Assembly (NCBI GenBank): GCA_963710755.1
Contig: CAVQBK010000001.1
Coordinates: forward strand, 64,001 to 128,000
Direction of reading: 5' to 3'
DNA length: 64,000 nt
From: an uncultured bacterium
GTDB lineage: Bacteria; Oederibacteriota; JAAXVQ01; JAUVAV01
A program made the position numbers and the translations under genes. Below, piece by piece: positions 20,825 through 30,642 of the stretch. Position 1 is the first letter of the stretch; every line of letters starts with the position of its first letter. The notes under the pieces are model-generated. The model searched no databases, was not told the origin of the DNA, and saw nothing but the letters and a program-made list of their open reading frames with translations.

Positions 20825-23029
20825 ATGGCGGGAATAAGGGGGCTGACAGCAGTTGCCATGATGGGAGTGGTCATGACCGGCGCCATGGCAGGGCTGGTTC
20901 AAGCCATGGACAGCTTTAGTCCGGTAACAGAGCTCATGCTATTCAGTGATGAGATTATGGTCATGTCTGCTACCAAGCGCCTGCAAAAGCTTTCGGAAGT
21001 ACCCGGGTCGGTGACCATCATCACCGAAAAGGAAATTAAAGAACGGGGCGCTTTAACTATTTACGAAGCGCTGACCAATATGACCGGGGTGAGCTTTGCC
21101 AATGAAGGCTTGTTCAACACCATGCGTTTCCGCGGCATGCAAGCGTCCTATAATAACAAGATTTTGGTTTTAGTGGACGGCCGCAAGATCAATGAAATGG
21201 ATTGGGGTAATTACAATGGTGATTTCGGCACCCATTTAGCCAATGTCAAGCAAATCGAGGTGATCAAAGGTCCGGGGTCATCCCTCTATGGGGCCAATGC
21301 CTATGCCGGAGTCATCAATATCGTGACCAAGGACGGAGCTGAAATCAGCGGGCTAAGTACCGAGGTTAGTATAGGCAACAAACCAGGTGATTTTGAAGTG
21401 TCTCAGAAATATACCATGACTTACGGAACCCAAAACGGGGACTGGGATTATAAGGTATCAACTAGTTATTGGAGGGAAAAGGGCATTGATCCTTATAACC
21501 ATCCCAGTCCCAACAACTTGTTTACCGGCGACCAGGCTAATTTCAGTCTGAAATGGAAAGATCAATGGAGCCTGCAAGGCGGCTATCAACGGACTAAAAA
21601 TCCATGGAATGGATCCGAATGGACGCCCACACCTAAAAATGCTGAAGAATTGGAAATATTATATTTGGACAGTACCTATACTATGGAGCTTAATGATCTT
21701 TCCAAAGTCAAGTTGCGGATAAGTGACAACTATGATTTGAATAAAGTCTTGCTCAGTGAGTATTGGGATTTAAACCGTATCAAGATTAACTCACTAAGCG
21801 ATTTGCCTTCTCCTTCCCCTGTGATCATTGTCACCGATACCGGAGAAATGCAGCCGATTGCCAATGCCATCGGCCGTTACTACATCCCTTTTGAAAATTT
21901 TATCAATCTGGCCAACAACCAGGCCCTTGATGTGGTGGCTTTGGGCCGCGGCCAAATCAACGAATTCATGACAGATGTACAGTATGACCTTTCCTGGCCG
22001 CGAAATAATTATTTGTTGGCCGGCGTCAATGTGCAATACGGTTGGTCCAATATGGATTATTACAATCAGCCCCAGGTGACAGATAACAATTACGCGGTTT
22101 ATGTTCAGGATGAGTATCATTTGGGTGATCAGCTCATTCTTTTGAGTGGGTTGCGTTATGACTACAACCAGGATTATGGCAGTAATCTTAGCCCCCGGGA
22201 AAGCGTTATCTATGAACCTGTGAAAGGGTTGCGTCTGAAAGGCTTATATGGCAGCGCTTTTCGCGCGCCCGTGATATCGGAACGCTATTCAGAGACGGAT
22301 TATGGTTTTTATGAAGCCACGGGCAATATTAATTTAAAACCTGAAAACATCCAGCAGAGTGAAGCCAGCATAGAATACGAGCTGGGCAAATGGCTGCAGG
22401 CCAAGGCCGGTTATTTTTATTGGGAAACGCACAATGAAATTCAATTTGATTATACTTATGCCAATTTGTACGCTTATGTGCCTGATTTCAACCTGATCGA
22501 TCCCATGCAACCACACATGGCAGGACTGCTTTATTTGAAGGACCTAAATGTGGCCCCGGCCTTGGTGACTTGGGACAACACCAACAGCCGCATTGGCCAT
22601 GGGGTGGAACTGGAAACCATCTTGACCCCGAGTGATTTTACCAAGCTTAAACTCAATTACAGCCGGATCAATCTTTACGCCCGGGATATTCCTGGAGCAC
22701 CAGAATGGGATCAAGGCATAGCGACGATAGCCAATGCTGTTTTGGAATTACATTATAAAGACTTGGTTTTCCTGAATTTTTATGCCCATCTGTCGTCAAG
22801 TCCAACCAAAAACACTAATGGCGGCTTGGACGGAAACGGCTATTACATAGCGTCCAAATGGTTGCCTCTGTATGACGTGAGCCTGGGCTTTAACATTGAC
22901 AAATTCAGCCTGGTGGCCGCGGCTTACAATGTCTTTGAAAATCCTGTGGCCTATGATAGTGCCATTGATGATTACCTGAAAGGCCAGACCCTTTATCGTG
23001 TGAATTTGGGGTATACCCTTAAATTTTAA
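20825..23029 (+). CDS. TonB-dependent receptor, array copy 5
   Basis: Same motifs; signal peptide and C-terminus nearly identical to copy 4. Confidence 0.92.
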   Translation: MAGIRGLTAVAMMGVVMTGAMAGLVQAMDSFSPVTELMLFSDEIMVMSATKRLQKLSEVPGSVTIITEKEIKERGALTIYEALTNMTGVSFANEGLFNTMRFRGMQASYNNKILVLVDGRKINEMDWGNYNGDFGTHLANVKQIEVIKGPGSSLYGANAYAGVINIVTKDGAEISGLSTEVSIGNKPGDFEVSQKYTMTYGTQNGDWDYKVSTSYWREKGIDPYNHPSPNNLFTGDQANFSLKWKDQWSLQGGYQRTKNPWNGSEWTPTPKNAEELEILYLDSTYTMELNDLSKVKLRISDNYDLNKVLLSEYWDLNRIKINSLSDLPSPSPVIIVTDTGEMQPIANAIGRYYIPFENFINLANNQALDVVALGRGQINEFMTDVQYDLSWPRNNYLLAGVNVQYGWSNMDYYNQPQVTDNNYAVYVQDEYHLGDQLILLSGLRYDYNQDYGSNLSPRESVIYEPVKGLRLKGLYGSAFRAPVISERYSETDYGFYEATGNINLKPENIQQSEASIEYELGKWLQAKAGYFYWETHNEIQFDYTYANLYAYVPDFNLIDPMQPHMAGLLYLKDLNVAPALVTWDNTNSRIGHGVELETILTPSDFTKLKLNYSRINLYARDIPGAPEWDQGIATIANAVLELHYKDLVFLNFYAHLSSSPTKNTNGGLDGNGYYIASKWLPLYDVSLGFNIDKFSLVAAAYNVFENPVAYDSAIDDYLKGQTLYRVNLGYTLKF

Positions 23030-23057
23030 AAGTATTGTTGAACAATCCCAATGGAGG

Positions 23058-25271
23058 ATGAAAGAAATGATAAAAAATGGACCTTTGGCTTTAATCGTGG
23101 CTCTGGTAGTGACCTCCACGACAACCGTTGCAGTAAAAGCCATGAGTGATTTGAACCAAGTCACGGAACTCATGCTTTTCAGCGATGAGATCATGGTCCA
23201 ATCAGCTACCAAGCGTCTGCAAAAGCTCTCCGAAGTGCCGGGATCGGTGACCATCATTACGGCTAAAGAGATTGAGGAACGGGGAGCCTTAACCATTTAT
23301 GAAGCCTTGAATAACATGACTGGTGTCAGCTTTGCCAATGAAGGTCTGTTTAATACCATGCGTTTTCGTGGCATGCAGGCTTCTTACAACAATAAAATAT
23401 TGCTTCTAGTGGACGGCAGGAAAGTCAATGTCCTCGATTGGGGCAATTATGACGGTAACTTTGGCACCAATCTGGACAATGTCAAGCAGATCGAGGTAAT
23501 CAAGGGTCCCGGGTCTTCGCTCTACGGCGCCAATGCCTATGCCGGTGTGATCAGTATTATCACCAAAACCGGTGCCGAGATCGGTGGTCTGAAAACCGAG
23601 ATGAGCGTAAGCAATAAACCCGGTGATTTTGAGGTGTCCCAAAAGTACAGCCTGACCTATGGTACCAAACAGGATGGCCTGGATTACAAAGTCTCGGCCA
23701 GCTATTGGCGCCAATTGGGCATTGACCCTTTTAATGATCCTCGCCCCAATGATTTATATGAAGGAGAAGATGCCAACTTTAGCCTAAATTTGAAGGATAT
23801 CTGGACACTCCAGGGCGGTTATCACCGTTCCAGCGAACCTTGGAGCGGGTCGGTGTATACGCCAACTCCCAGGAATAATCAGAAAATGGAAATGCTTTAT
23901 TTGGACAGCACCTATACGCTGGGGTTGAATGAATTGTCCAAATTGAAACTCCATATAAGCGATAATTATAACACCTCAAAATTCCTTGAGACGGAATTGT
24001 GGGACCTGGACAGGCAGAAAATTAATAGCGCGGCTGATTTGCCTACTCCTACGCCATCTATTATTGTTACCGACAAAGGGGACATGCAACCAGTAACCAA
24101 TGCCATCGGCAATTATTATATTGGTGTCAATGACTTTCTTAGAATTGTCAGCGGCAGCGGCTTAGATGTAGTGGGTTTAGGTAAAGGACAGATGAATGAA
24201 TTTATCGCTGAAGTCCAATATGACCTGTCCTGGCCGCAGAACAACTATCTTTTGGCCGGGATTAATATGAAATTGGACTGGTCCAACCAGATTTATTTTG
24301 TGACCGATCAAGTCACGGATAACAATTATGCTGCTTATATCCAGGATGAATATCACTTGGCCGATAAATTAATCCTTTTAAGCGGATTGCGTTTTGACTA
24401 TAACCGGGATTATGGTAATAATCTCAGCCCCCGGGAAAGCTTGATCTACGAACCCCTTAAAGGCCTGCGCTTTAAAGGCCTTTATGGAAGTGCTTTTAGA
24501 TCGCCGGTGATGTTGGAAAGATATAGCAATACGGATTACGGGTTTTATGAAGCCACCGGCAACCCTGATGTAAAACCGGAAAGCATTCAGCAAAGTGAAG
24601 CCAGCGTGGAATACGAGCTGGGTAAATGGCTGCAGGCCAAGGCGAACTATTTTTACTGGGAAACGCAAAATGAAATCCAATTTGTCTATACCTTTGGATC
24701 GCTCTATGTCTATTCACCTGATCTCAGCCTGATCAGCCCTCTTATGCCCGCCGTGCCGGGTCTGTTCTATGCTACTCCCTTAAATGTCGCACCGGCACTG
24801 GTGAGTTGGGATAATTCCAACAGCCGTATCGGCCATGGATTGGAATTGGAGACATCGATTACACCTACTGACTATGCTCGAATTAAATTAAATTACAGTC
24901 GCGTCAATCTTTATGCGCGGGAAAAGCCAGCCCATCCATCATGGGCGCAAGGCGTGGCTGATGTGGGCAATGGTGTGTTGGAACTGCATTATAAAAATGT
25001 ACTCTTTTTCAATTTTTATGCTCATATTAGCCGGACGCCCATGACTATTGACAGCGGTTCCACAGCGACGTCCGGCCCGGGAGCTGAGGTGACCGCCAAA
25101 TGGCTGCCGCAATATGATGTCAGCTTGGGATGCAATTATCAGGGGTTAAGCCTGGTAGGGGCAGTCTATAATATTTTTAATAACCCCGTGGCCTATGACA
25201 CCCTTAACGATAATTATCTGAAGGCCGAGCCCATCTACAGACTCAATGCTTCCTATACTCTGAAGTTTTAG
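23058..25271 (+). CDS. TonB-dependent receptor, array copy 6
   Basis: Same motifs; true start may be ATG 23067 (GGAGG SD at 23053). Confidence 0.92.
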   Translation: MKEMIKNGPLALIVALVVTSTTTVAVKAMSDLNQVTELMLFSDEIMVQSATKRLQKLSEVPGSVTIITAKEIEERGALTIYEALNNMTGVSFANEGLFNTMRFRGMQASYNNKILLLVDGRKVNVLDWGNYDGNFGTNLDNVKQIEVIKGPGSSLYGANAYAGVISIITKTGAEIGGLKTEMSVSNKPGDFEVSQKYSLTYGTKQDGLDYKVSASYWRQLGIDPFNDPRPNDLYEGEDANFSLNLKDIWTLQGGYHRSSEPWSGSVYTPTPRNNQKMEMLYLDSTYTLGLNELSKLKLHISDNYNTSKFLETELWDLDRQKINSAADLPTPTPSIIVTDKGDMQPVTNAIGNYYIGVNDFLRIVSGSGLDVVGLGKGQMNEFIAEVQYDLSWPQNNYLLAGINMKLDWSNQIYFVTDQVTDNNYAAYIQDEYHLADKLILLSGLRFDYNRDYGNNLSPRESLIYEPLKGLRFKGLYGSAFRSPVMLERYSNTDYGFYEATGNPDVKPESIQQSEASVEYELGKWLQAKANYFYWETQNEIQFVYTFGSLYVYSPDLSLISPLMPAVPGLFYATPLNVAPALVSWDNSNSRIGHGLELETSITPTDYARIKLNYSRVNLYAREKPAHPSWAQGVADVGNGVLELHYKNVLFFNFYAHISRTPMTIDSGSTATSGPGAEVTAKWLPQYDVSLGCNYQGLSLVGAVYNIFNNPVAYDTLNDNYLKAEPIYRLNASYTLKF

Positions 25272-25597
25272 TTGTTTTTGTAGCCCAATGACCGGTTAAG
25301 CTTCGGCTTGTTTAAAATGCGGCCGGTGATTAGACGACCTTGAAAGAACGCATGGGTAGAGTACAGGTTACTTGTACGGCGCAGGCTGGATGCCAGTCCC
25401 TACGCAGCCAACCGCCGTCTGCCTAAGGATTTGGTCAACATCCTGTCAAAAACAAGAACGGATTTAGTTCATGGCTCTATTGGCAACCTGCATCTGCGCT
25501 TGGCCCATAGAGCTCTATTTTTCTAAAAAAGCATATAACATGAAAGGAAAACGCGACTTGAATGTCAAAAGGTTAAAACTATTCAAGGAGCGACTCA

Positions 25598-26329
25598 TTG
25601 AAGCCATTAAACCGACCTTTGCAATGTCTAGTCCATCTCAAGTCACTTTTGAGTCCTTCGGTCTGTCCCGTTTGTAAGCGTTCTGCCAACCATTATGCCT
25701 TGCCTATTTTATGCCACCGCTGTCGTCCTAAAGTAAACAATAACCGGCGCTGCTTAAAATGCGGCCGGCTGCTATCGTTAACTATGCCCTATGATATTAT
25801 CGGATGTCGCTATTGCCAAAAAATGTCGTTCACCTTCAATAGTGTTTACTGTTTAGCGGGTTATGAAGGCCTATGGAAAGAAGTCGTTCTTGCCTTTAAA
25901 GCCCATCCAGACCTTTTCCTGATGCTCCAGTTAGCCCACCGCTTCTCCCGAATTCTTAGAAACATCATGGCTGTTACCCGCGATACCTTGGTGGTCACTG
26001 TCCCGCGGCGCTGGAAACACCAGCCCCAAGCCCTCGTCTTCGTCGCAAAAAAAATTGCTTTTTATTCGGATTGTGCCTTTGCCCAACCCTTACGATTTAT
26101 TCGCGCCACCAAGCCGCAACATCAGCTCGGCAGGGAAAAACGTTTGAAAAATATGCGTTTTAGCATGGAAGCCAAAGTTTTGGTGAAGGATAAAGCCATT
26201 GTTTTAATTGACGATGTCCTGACCACAGGCGCTACCCTAAATGAATGCAGCCGGGCGTTGAAAAAAGCAGGGGCAAACTCTGTTGTCGCGCTCACACTGG
26301 CCAGGTCGCTGACCGTATTGGACAAATGA
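25598..26329 (+). CDS. comF: ComF family protein (double zinc ribbon + phosphoribosyltransferase)
   Basis: CPVC, CHRC, CLKC and CRYC pairs; LIDDVLTTGATL..C...LK.AGA. Confidence 0.88.
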   Translation: MKPLNRPLQCLVHLKSLLSPSVCPVCKRSANHYALPILCHRCRPKVNNNRRCLKCGRLLSLTMPYDIIGCRYCQKMSFTFNSVYCLAGYEGLWKEVVLAFKAHPDLFLMLQLAHRFSRILRNIMAVTRDTLVVTVPRRWKHQPQALVFVAKKIAFYSDCAFAQPLRFIRATKPQHQLGREKRLKNMRFSMEAKVLVKDKAIVLIDDVLTTGATLNECSRALKKAGANSVVALTLARSLTVLDK

Positions 26330-26457
26330 ATAGGCCATTAGGGAAAATAATCCATAAAATGTAATAAAAACTGAACACACCCATCTTAAGTAAAAAATTA
26401 AAAGTTACTTATAAAATTAACAAAACCATCATAAAAAATTTATAATACCCAAAAAAA

Positions 26458-26472
26458 TGTGCACAGTGCACA
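26458..26472. promoter_or_regulatory. Palindromic operator candidate
   Basis: TGTGCAC-A-GTGCACA perfect 7-1-7 inverted repeat in an AT-rich region just upstream of a -35 box. Confidence 0.45.
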
Positions 26473-26490
26473 AAAAGTTAATACATTTTC

Positions 26491-26519
26491 TTGACATAGT
26501 AATTAAAAACAGGTACAAT
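26491..26519 (+). promoter_or_regulatory. Sigma70-type promoter of the sigma54-activator gene
   Basis: TTGACA-N17-TACAAT. Confidence 0.7.
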
Positions 26520-26552
26520 AACGCCACTTAGAAAAAAATATGGGGGGCGAAG

Positions 26553-27920
26553 TTGAAGCCAACAGTATTAGTTGTCGACGATGATAAGCAGGTCAATGAA
26601 GCCTTAACTCTCATGCTCCAGGATGAGTACAATCCCATCACTGCAACCTCCGGCTTTGAAGCCTTAGAGAAGATCAATAAAAATTCCAATATTGACTTAG
26701 TCCTGCTCGATATTACTATGCCCGAAATGGACGGGCTGGAAGTCCTGAGGAGGATCAAGGAATCCGAACCTTTCCTGGATGTCATCATGGTGACGGCCAC
26801 CAATACTACTGAAGCAGCGGTTAAAACCATTAAATATGGCGCCTACGATTATGTGACCAAGCCTTTTGACAATGCGGAATTAAAAGCCATTATCAACCGG
26901 GCCCTGGAAAAACGAAATCTTTCCAAACTCACAGAAGTCTTGTCTTCTGAAATTGAACGGCTTGTGGAATATGACATTATTGGCAACAGTGACGCTATGC
27001 GGGGCGTTTATTCCATGATTGATAAGGTAGCCGATTCAGACACTACGGTGCTGATTCATGGCGAAAGCGGCACAGGCAAGGAATTGGTGGCCCGCGCGCT
27101 ACATAAAAAAAGTCCCCGTTCTAAAAAACCCTTTGTGGCTGTTAACTGCGCTGCCATCCCGGCGGAACTGGTGGAAAGTGAATTTTTTGGCCATGAACGT
27201 GGGGCTTTTACTTCGGCTGTATCAAGAAAAATCGGAAAATTTGAGTATGCCAATGGCGGGGTTATTTTTCTCGATGATGTAGGCGAGTTGCCTTTGTCCG
27301 TTCAAGCCAAATTACTGCGGGTCCTGCAGGAAAAAGAAATCGTGCGCGTTGGCTCCAATGAATTGATCCCGGTGGATGTGCGGGTGGTCGCTGCCACTAA
27401 TGACAACCTTCAGGAATTGATCAAACAGCGCCGTTTCAGAGAAGACCTGTATTACCGTCTGAAAGTGGTGCCTATTGAATTGCCGCCTTTGCGGGTGAGA
27501 CGGGAAGATATTCCCAACTTAATCGAACACTTTATCCGCAAAAGCTGTGAACGCCATCATAAGTCTTTTAAAAATATCGATCCCGAAGCCCTGCGTTTGT
27601 TGGTCAACTATAATTGGCCCGGCAATGTGCGGGAATTGGAGAACATGGTGGAGATGGTGGTATTGCTCTCCAGTAGCAATTCTATTTCCGCCAGCGATCT
27701 GCCGTCCAATGTGCTTACCAATCAGGCTTTGGCCGATGGCAGTGATCAAAGCGGAGAAAATCTAACTTTGAAAAAGGCGCGCCAACAGTTTGAGCGCCAG
27801 TTTATTTTAAGAGTTTTGGAAAAATTGCATTGGAATCAAACCAAAGCAGCCAAGATAATGGGCATTCATCGCAATACGCTGATTATCAAGATGGAAGAGC
27901 TGGGCATTAAAAAAGATTAA
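26553..27920 (+). CDS. NtrC/AtoC-family sigma54-dependent response regulator (REC-AAA+-Fis HTH)
   Basis: REC domain; GESGTGKE; GAFTSA; FREDLYYRL; WPGNVREL; NQTKAA..MGIHRNTL HTH. Confidence 0.95.
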   Translation: MKPTVLVVDDDKQVNEALTLMLQDEYNPITATSGFEALEKINKNSNIDLVLLDITMPEMDGLEVLRRIKESEPFLDVIMVTATNTTEAAVKTIKYGAYDYVTKPFDNAELKAIINRALEKRNLSKLTEVLSSEIERLVEYDIIGNSDAMRGVYSMIDKVADSDTTVLIHGESGTGKELVARALHKKSPRSKKPFVAVNCAAIPAELVESEFFGHERGAFTSAVSRKIGKFEYANGGVIFLDDVGELPLSVQAKLLRVLQEKEIVRVGSNELIPVDVRVVAATNDNLQELIKQRRFREDLYYRLKVVPIELPPLRVRREDIPNLIEHFIRKSCERHHKSFKNIDPEALRLLVNYNWPGNVRELENMVEMVVLLSSSNSISASDLPSNVLTNQALADGSDQSGENLTLKKARQQFERQFILRVLEKLHWNQTKAAKIMGIHRNTLIIKMEELGIKKD

Positions 27921-28451
27921 TCTTACAAAAAAGATTGCACCATTTTTTTTAAAAATGGTATACTTCAACCAGTCCCATGGTGGAAAGGGGGGGAACTATG
28001 GGAGTCTGCAGTTTTACTCATTTGCTGTTGCATTCCCAAGCCCAATGCAAGTCCTTTTCTGACAGAACCCCAAACTGCCAGCCGTCCAGTTATAGTCAAA
28101 ACAGTCTTACCAGAGATATCGGCCACATTAAGTTGTGTTTTTTGAACAAGTCGACCACAAGATATGCACAAACCCTATACCAACCTCATTTAACCGCTGC
28201 TGCCAACACCATAAAGAAGACCTTTTTAAAAAAATTTACCTTAACACGAAAAAATTTCACCAGTTGGGCGTTGTAAAAAAGGGTGTACTGAGACTGTGAA
28301 AAGAACTTTTTATGGGAGAATGCCATTGCTGCTGTTTTTTGTGCAGGATGTTTCTCAATTATAGGTTCGTCACATTTCAAAAAAACTTTAGGGAGGAGGC
28401 GTTGATTTTGTAAAAAAAAGCAGTTCCATTAAAAGTTAAGAGGAGGGAAAG

Positions 28452-28928
28452 ATGAGAAAGAAAATGTTAATCGTGGATGATAACGAAAATTTGAGGGAAG
28501 CTTTGCAACTGATGTTCGAAGACCATTATGATCTTAAGTTTGCGGCCTCCGGTGAAGAAGCTATTCAATCTTTTGACCAATTCAATCCTGAAGTAGTCCT
28601 GATGGATTTCCAAATGCCCGGTCTTGACGGGGTTCAAACCATGCAAGTGTTAAGAGAGCAATCCGCCCAATCCCAGATGATCATCATGTCTGCCTATAAT
28701 GAAAAAGAACGGGTAAGAAGCGCTTTCCGAAACGGGGCCTTTGATTTCGTGACCAAACCCTTTGACGTAAAAGACCTGAAAACCATGGTGGAAAATGCCG
28801 CTGCCAACGCGGACAAGATCATTAATTTCCAGCCCTCGGCCTATCTGGTGCAAGCCAAAGAAGCAGCCTTTAACCAACGGGAAGTCGACCAAATGGTGGA
28901 ACGTACGCTGCAAGCAGCTTGCTGCTAA
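28452..28928 (+). CDS. Stand-alone receiver-domain response regulator with short C-terminal tail
   Basis: LIVDD, LMDFQMP, MSAY, KPF; strong AGGAGG SD. Confidence 0.9.
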   Translation: MRKKMLIVDDNENLREALQLMFEDHYDLKFAASGEEAIQSFDQFNPEVVLMDFQMPGLDGVQTMQVLREQSAQSQMIIMSAYNEKERVRSAFRNGAFDFVTKPFDVKDLKTMVENAAANADKIINFQPSAYLVQAKEAAFNQREVDQMVERTLQAACC

Positions 28929-28960
28929 AGTTTCATTGATGTCAAAAGGGGGGAGTAGTC

Positions 28961-29875
28961 ATGAATTTAATGGCCGTTAGTCCGGAAAGCAGATCCACAA
29001 ATCAATCACCGGTGTTTGTACCCACAGCACAAGTCAATCCGGCCAATGCGATTTTGAAATTTGAAAAAGCCTCTGAAAAAACAACCCGCTATACCGAAAA
29101 CAGTACTATTTACAGATTAAAAGGCGGGTTTGAGGCCGAGGTTATAAAACAACCTTCACGCAGAATAAAAGACCAACCAATCCTGAACAGGATCTATCAG
29201 GAATTAAGAATCGTGACTTTGCGGGCCTTTAACAAGGATATTTCGGAAGCTGAGACCTATGTGCCCAGATATGTTATGGAAAAAAATGTTTTGGATGTAG
29301 ATTGGTTAATCGTGGTGAGAAAATATAATCAGCCTGTTGCCTTTGGCGCAGGGACTTATGTTACGCCATTTATTTTCTACTTAAATGGTGCCATGGTTCA
29401 TCCTGATTATCAATCAACAGGCGTTGGACTGATTGCCAATAGTTTACTGTGGAAAATCGTGTGCGATGAGGTTAAGGATATGGGCCTGGGTGAAGCGGAT
29501 TTTGTGTGCCGAACTCACAATCGCAATGTGGCCAGTGTAATGTTGCATGTTTTTGAAGAAGGCTATATTTCCACAGAAAAAGAATGTAGTTCCGACCATT
29601 GCCGAATTTTTAACAAAACAGCCAATAAAATTGGTGGTCATTATTGTCCGCAAAGCGGCATTGCTAAAAATGCCTATCCGGAAGGACTGCCGTGTGGGAC
29701 GAAGATCACCAACATGAGAATAAATAACGCGTTTGTTGGTTTGGGAGAAAAAGATGGTTTGTTTGTTGCTGGGAAAATGAAATATCATTATTTGCAAAAC
29801 ATTTTGAAAAAGAATGTTAAGGAAATTCATGAATACCAAGAGTTGAAAGGCCTGGAATACAAATTGTGTGCATGA
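28961..29875 (+). CDS. GNAT-fold acyltransferase-like protein (possible signal synthase)
   Basis: YLNGAMVHPDYQSTGVG matches GNAT motif A (V.P.YQ..G.G); downstream FVCRTHN; SD present. Confidence 0.6.
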   Translation: MNLMAVSPESRSTNQSPVFVPTAQVNPANAILKFEKASEKTTRYTENSTIYRLKGGFEAEVIKQPSRRIKDQPILNRIYQELRIVTLRAFNKDISEAETYVPRYVMEKNVLDVDWLIVVRKYNQPVAFGAGTYVTPFIFYLNGAMVHPDYQSTGVGLIANSLLWKIVCDEVKDMGLGEADFVCRTHNRNVASVMLHVFEEGYISTEKECSSDHCRIFNKTANKIGGHYCPQSGIAKNAYPEGLPCGTKITNMRINNAFVGLGEKDGLFVAGKMKYHYLQNILKKNVKEIHEYQELKGLEYKLCA

Positions 29876-29912
29876 GTTAAGAAACGTTGTTTTTAAAATT
29901 CAAACGTATTAG

Positions 29913-30641
29913 TTGTGTGGATTGGGGATTGTAGTGTTTGACTTAAGAAAAAAAGTCAAGTCATGGTTATGGGGCGTTTATCCGTGGGTATATGATTTAG
30001 CAGTATTGCAAGGGTTGCCTTATTTGGAATTGATTGAAACCGTGGTGATTTCTCTTGAGGAAAGATATCACGATAAAAATAATATGCTGGTTTTGGATGC
30101 ATGTTGCGGGACTGGTAATTTTTCAAAAGCCCTCATTAATAATTTCAAAATCCAATCCTTGGTAGGGATAGACTTTTCCAAGGGCATGATTAAAAAAGCC
30201 AAAAAGAAAATTCCGCTTCTCAAAGCTATTAATGCTCCTTTGCTTGAAGGGTTAAAAAAAATACCGGATAATAATTTTGATATTATTGTTTTGGTGAACG
30301 GCTTCTATCCTCTTGAAGAAAAACATGAGATCCTGCTAAACTTGAAAAGAGTGTTGAAAGTTAATGGTACCTTTATTATGACCGATCCTAAAAAAGGAGC
30401 TAGTTTGTTTTCCTTGATAAAAGAACATTTTTTAAAAGGGAGTTTTGCTCAAAAAATGAAATTACCACTATTTGTTTTTTCAATTCTGATTAGCCTGATT
30501 TTTCAGTTTGGTATAAAATATAATTTCTTAACTAGTGAGGAAACTAAAGGACTTTTAATAAAGACTGGCCTAATGATTGACGAGGAAAAATCAGCATATG
30601 CTGATCAGAATTATTTCTTTGTTTTAAGGAAAGGGAATTGA
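29913..30641 (+). CDS. Class I SAM-dependent methyltransferase
   Basis: VLDACCGTGN motif I, GIDFSKGM, FDIIV, RVLK.NG; start uncertain. Confidence 0.88.
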   Translation: MCGLGIVVFDLRKKVKSWLWGVYPWVYDLAVLQGLPYLELIETVVISLEERYHDKNNMLVLDACCGTGNFSKALINNFKIQSLVGIDFSKGMIKKAKKKIPLLKAINAPLLEGLKKIPDNNFDIIVLVNGFYPLEEKHEILLNLKRVLKVNGTFIMTDPKKGASLFSLIKEHFLKGSFAQKMKLPLFVFSILISLIFQFGIKYNFLTSEETKGLLIKTGLMIDEEKSAYADQNYFFVLRKGN

Positions 30642-30642
30642 G

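Noticed and set aside
4918-24717. Numerous antisense or alternate-frame ORFs over the SprA-like and receptor genes
   Set aside because: They overlap well-supported genes; their recurrence only mirrors paralogy of the sense genes
11752-25271. Diversity-generating retroelement or invertase shufflon behind receptor variation
   Set aside because: No reverse transcriptase, no adenine-specific TR/VR pair, no recombinase or inverted cassettes; all copies are full-length and co-oriented
28300-28420. Sigma54 promoter for the receiver-GNAT operon
   Set aside because: Best candidate AGGCGTTGATTTTGT lacks the conserved GC; other candidates have the wrong spacing
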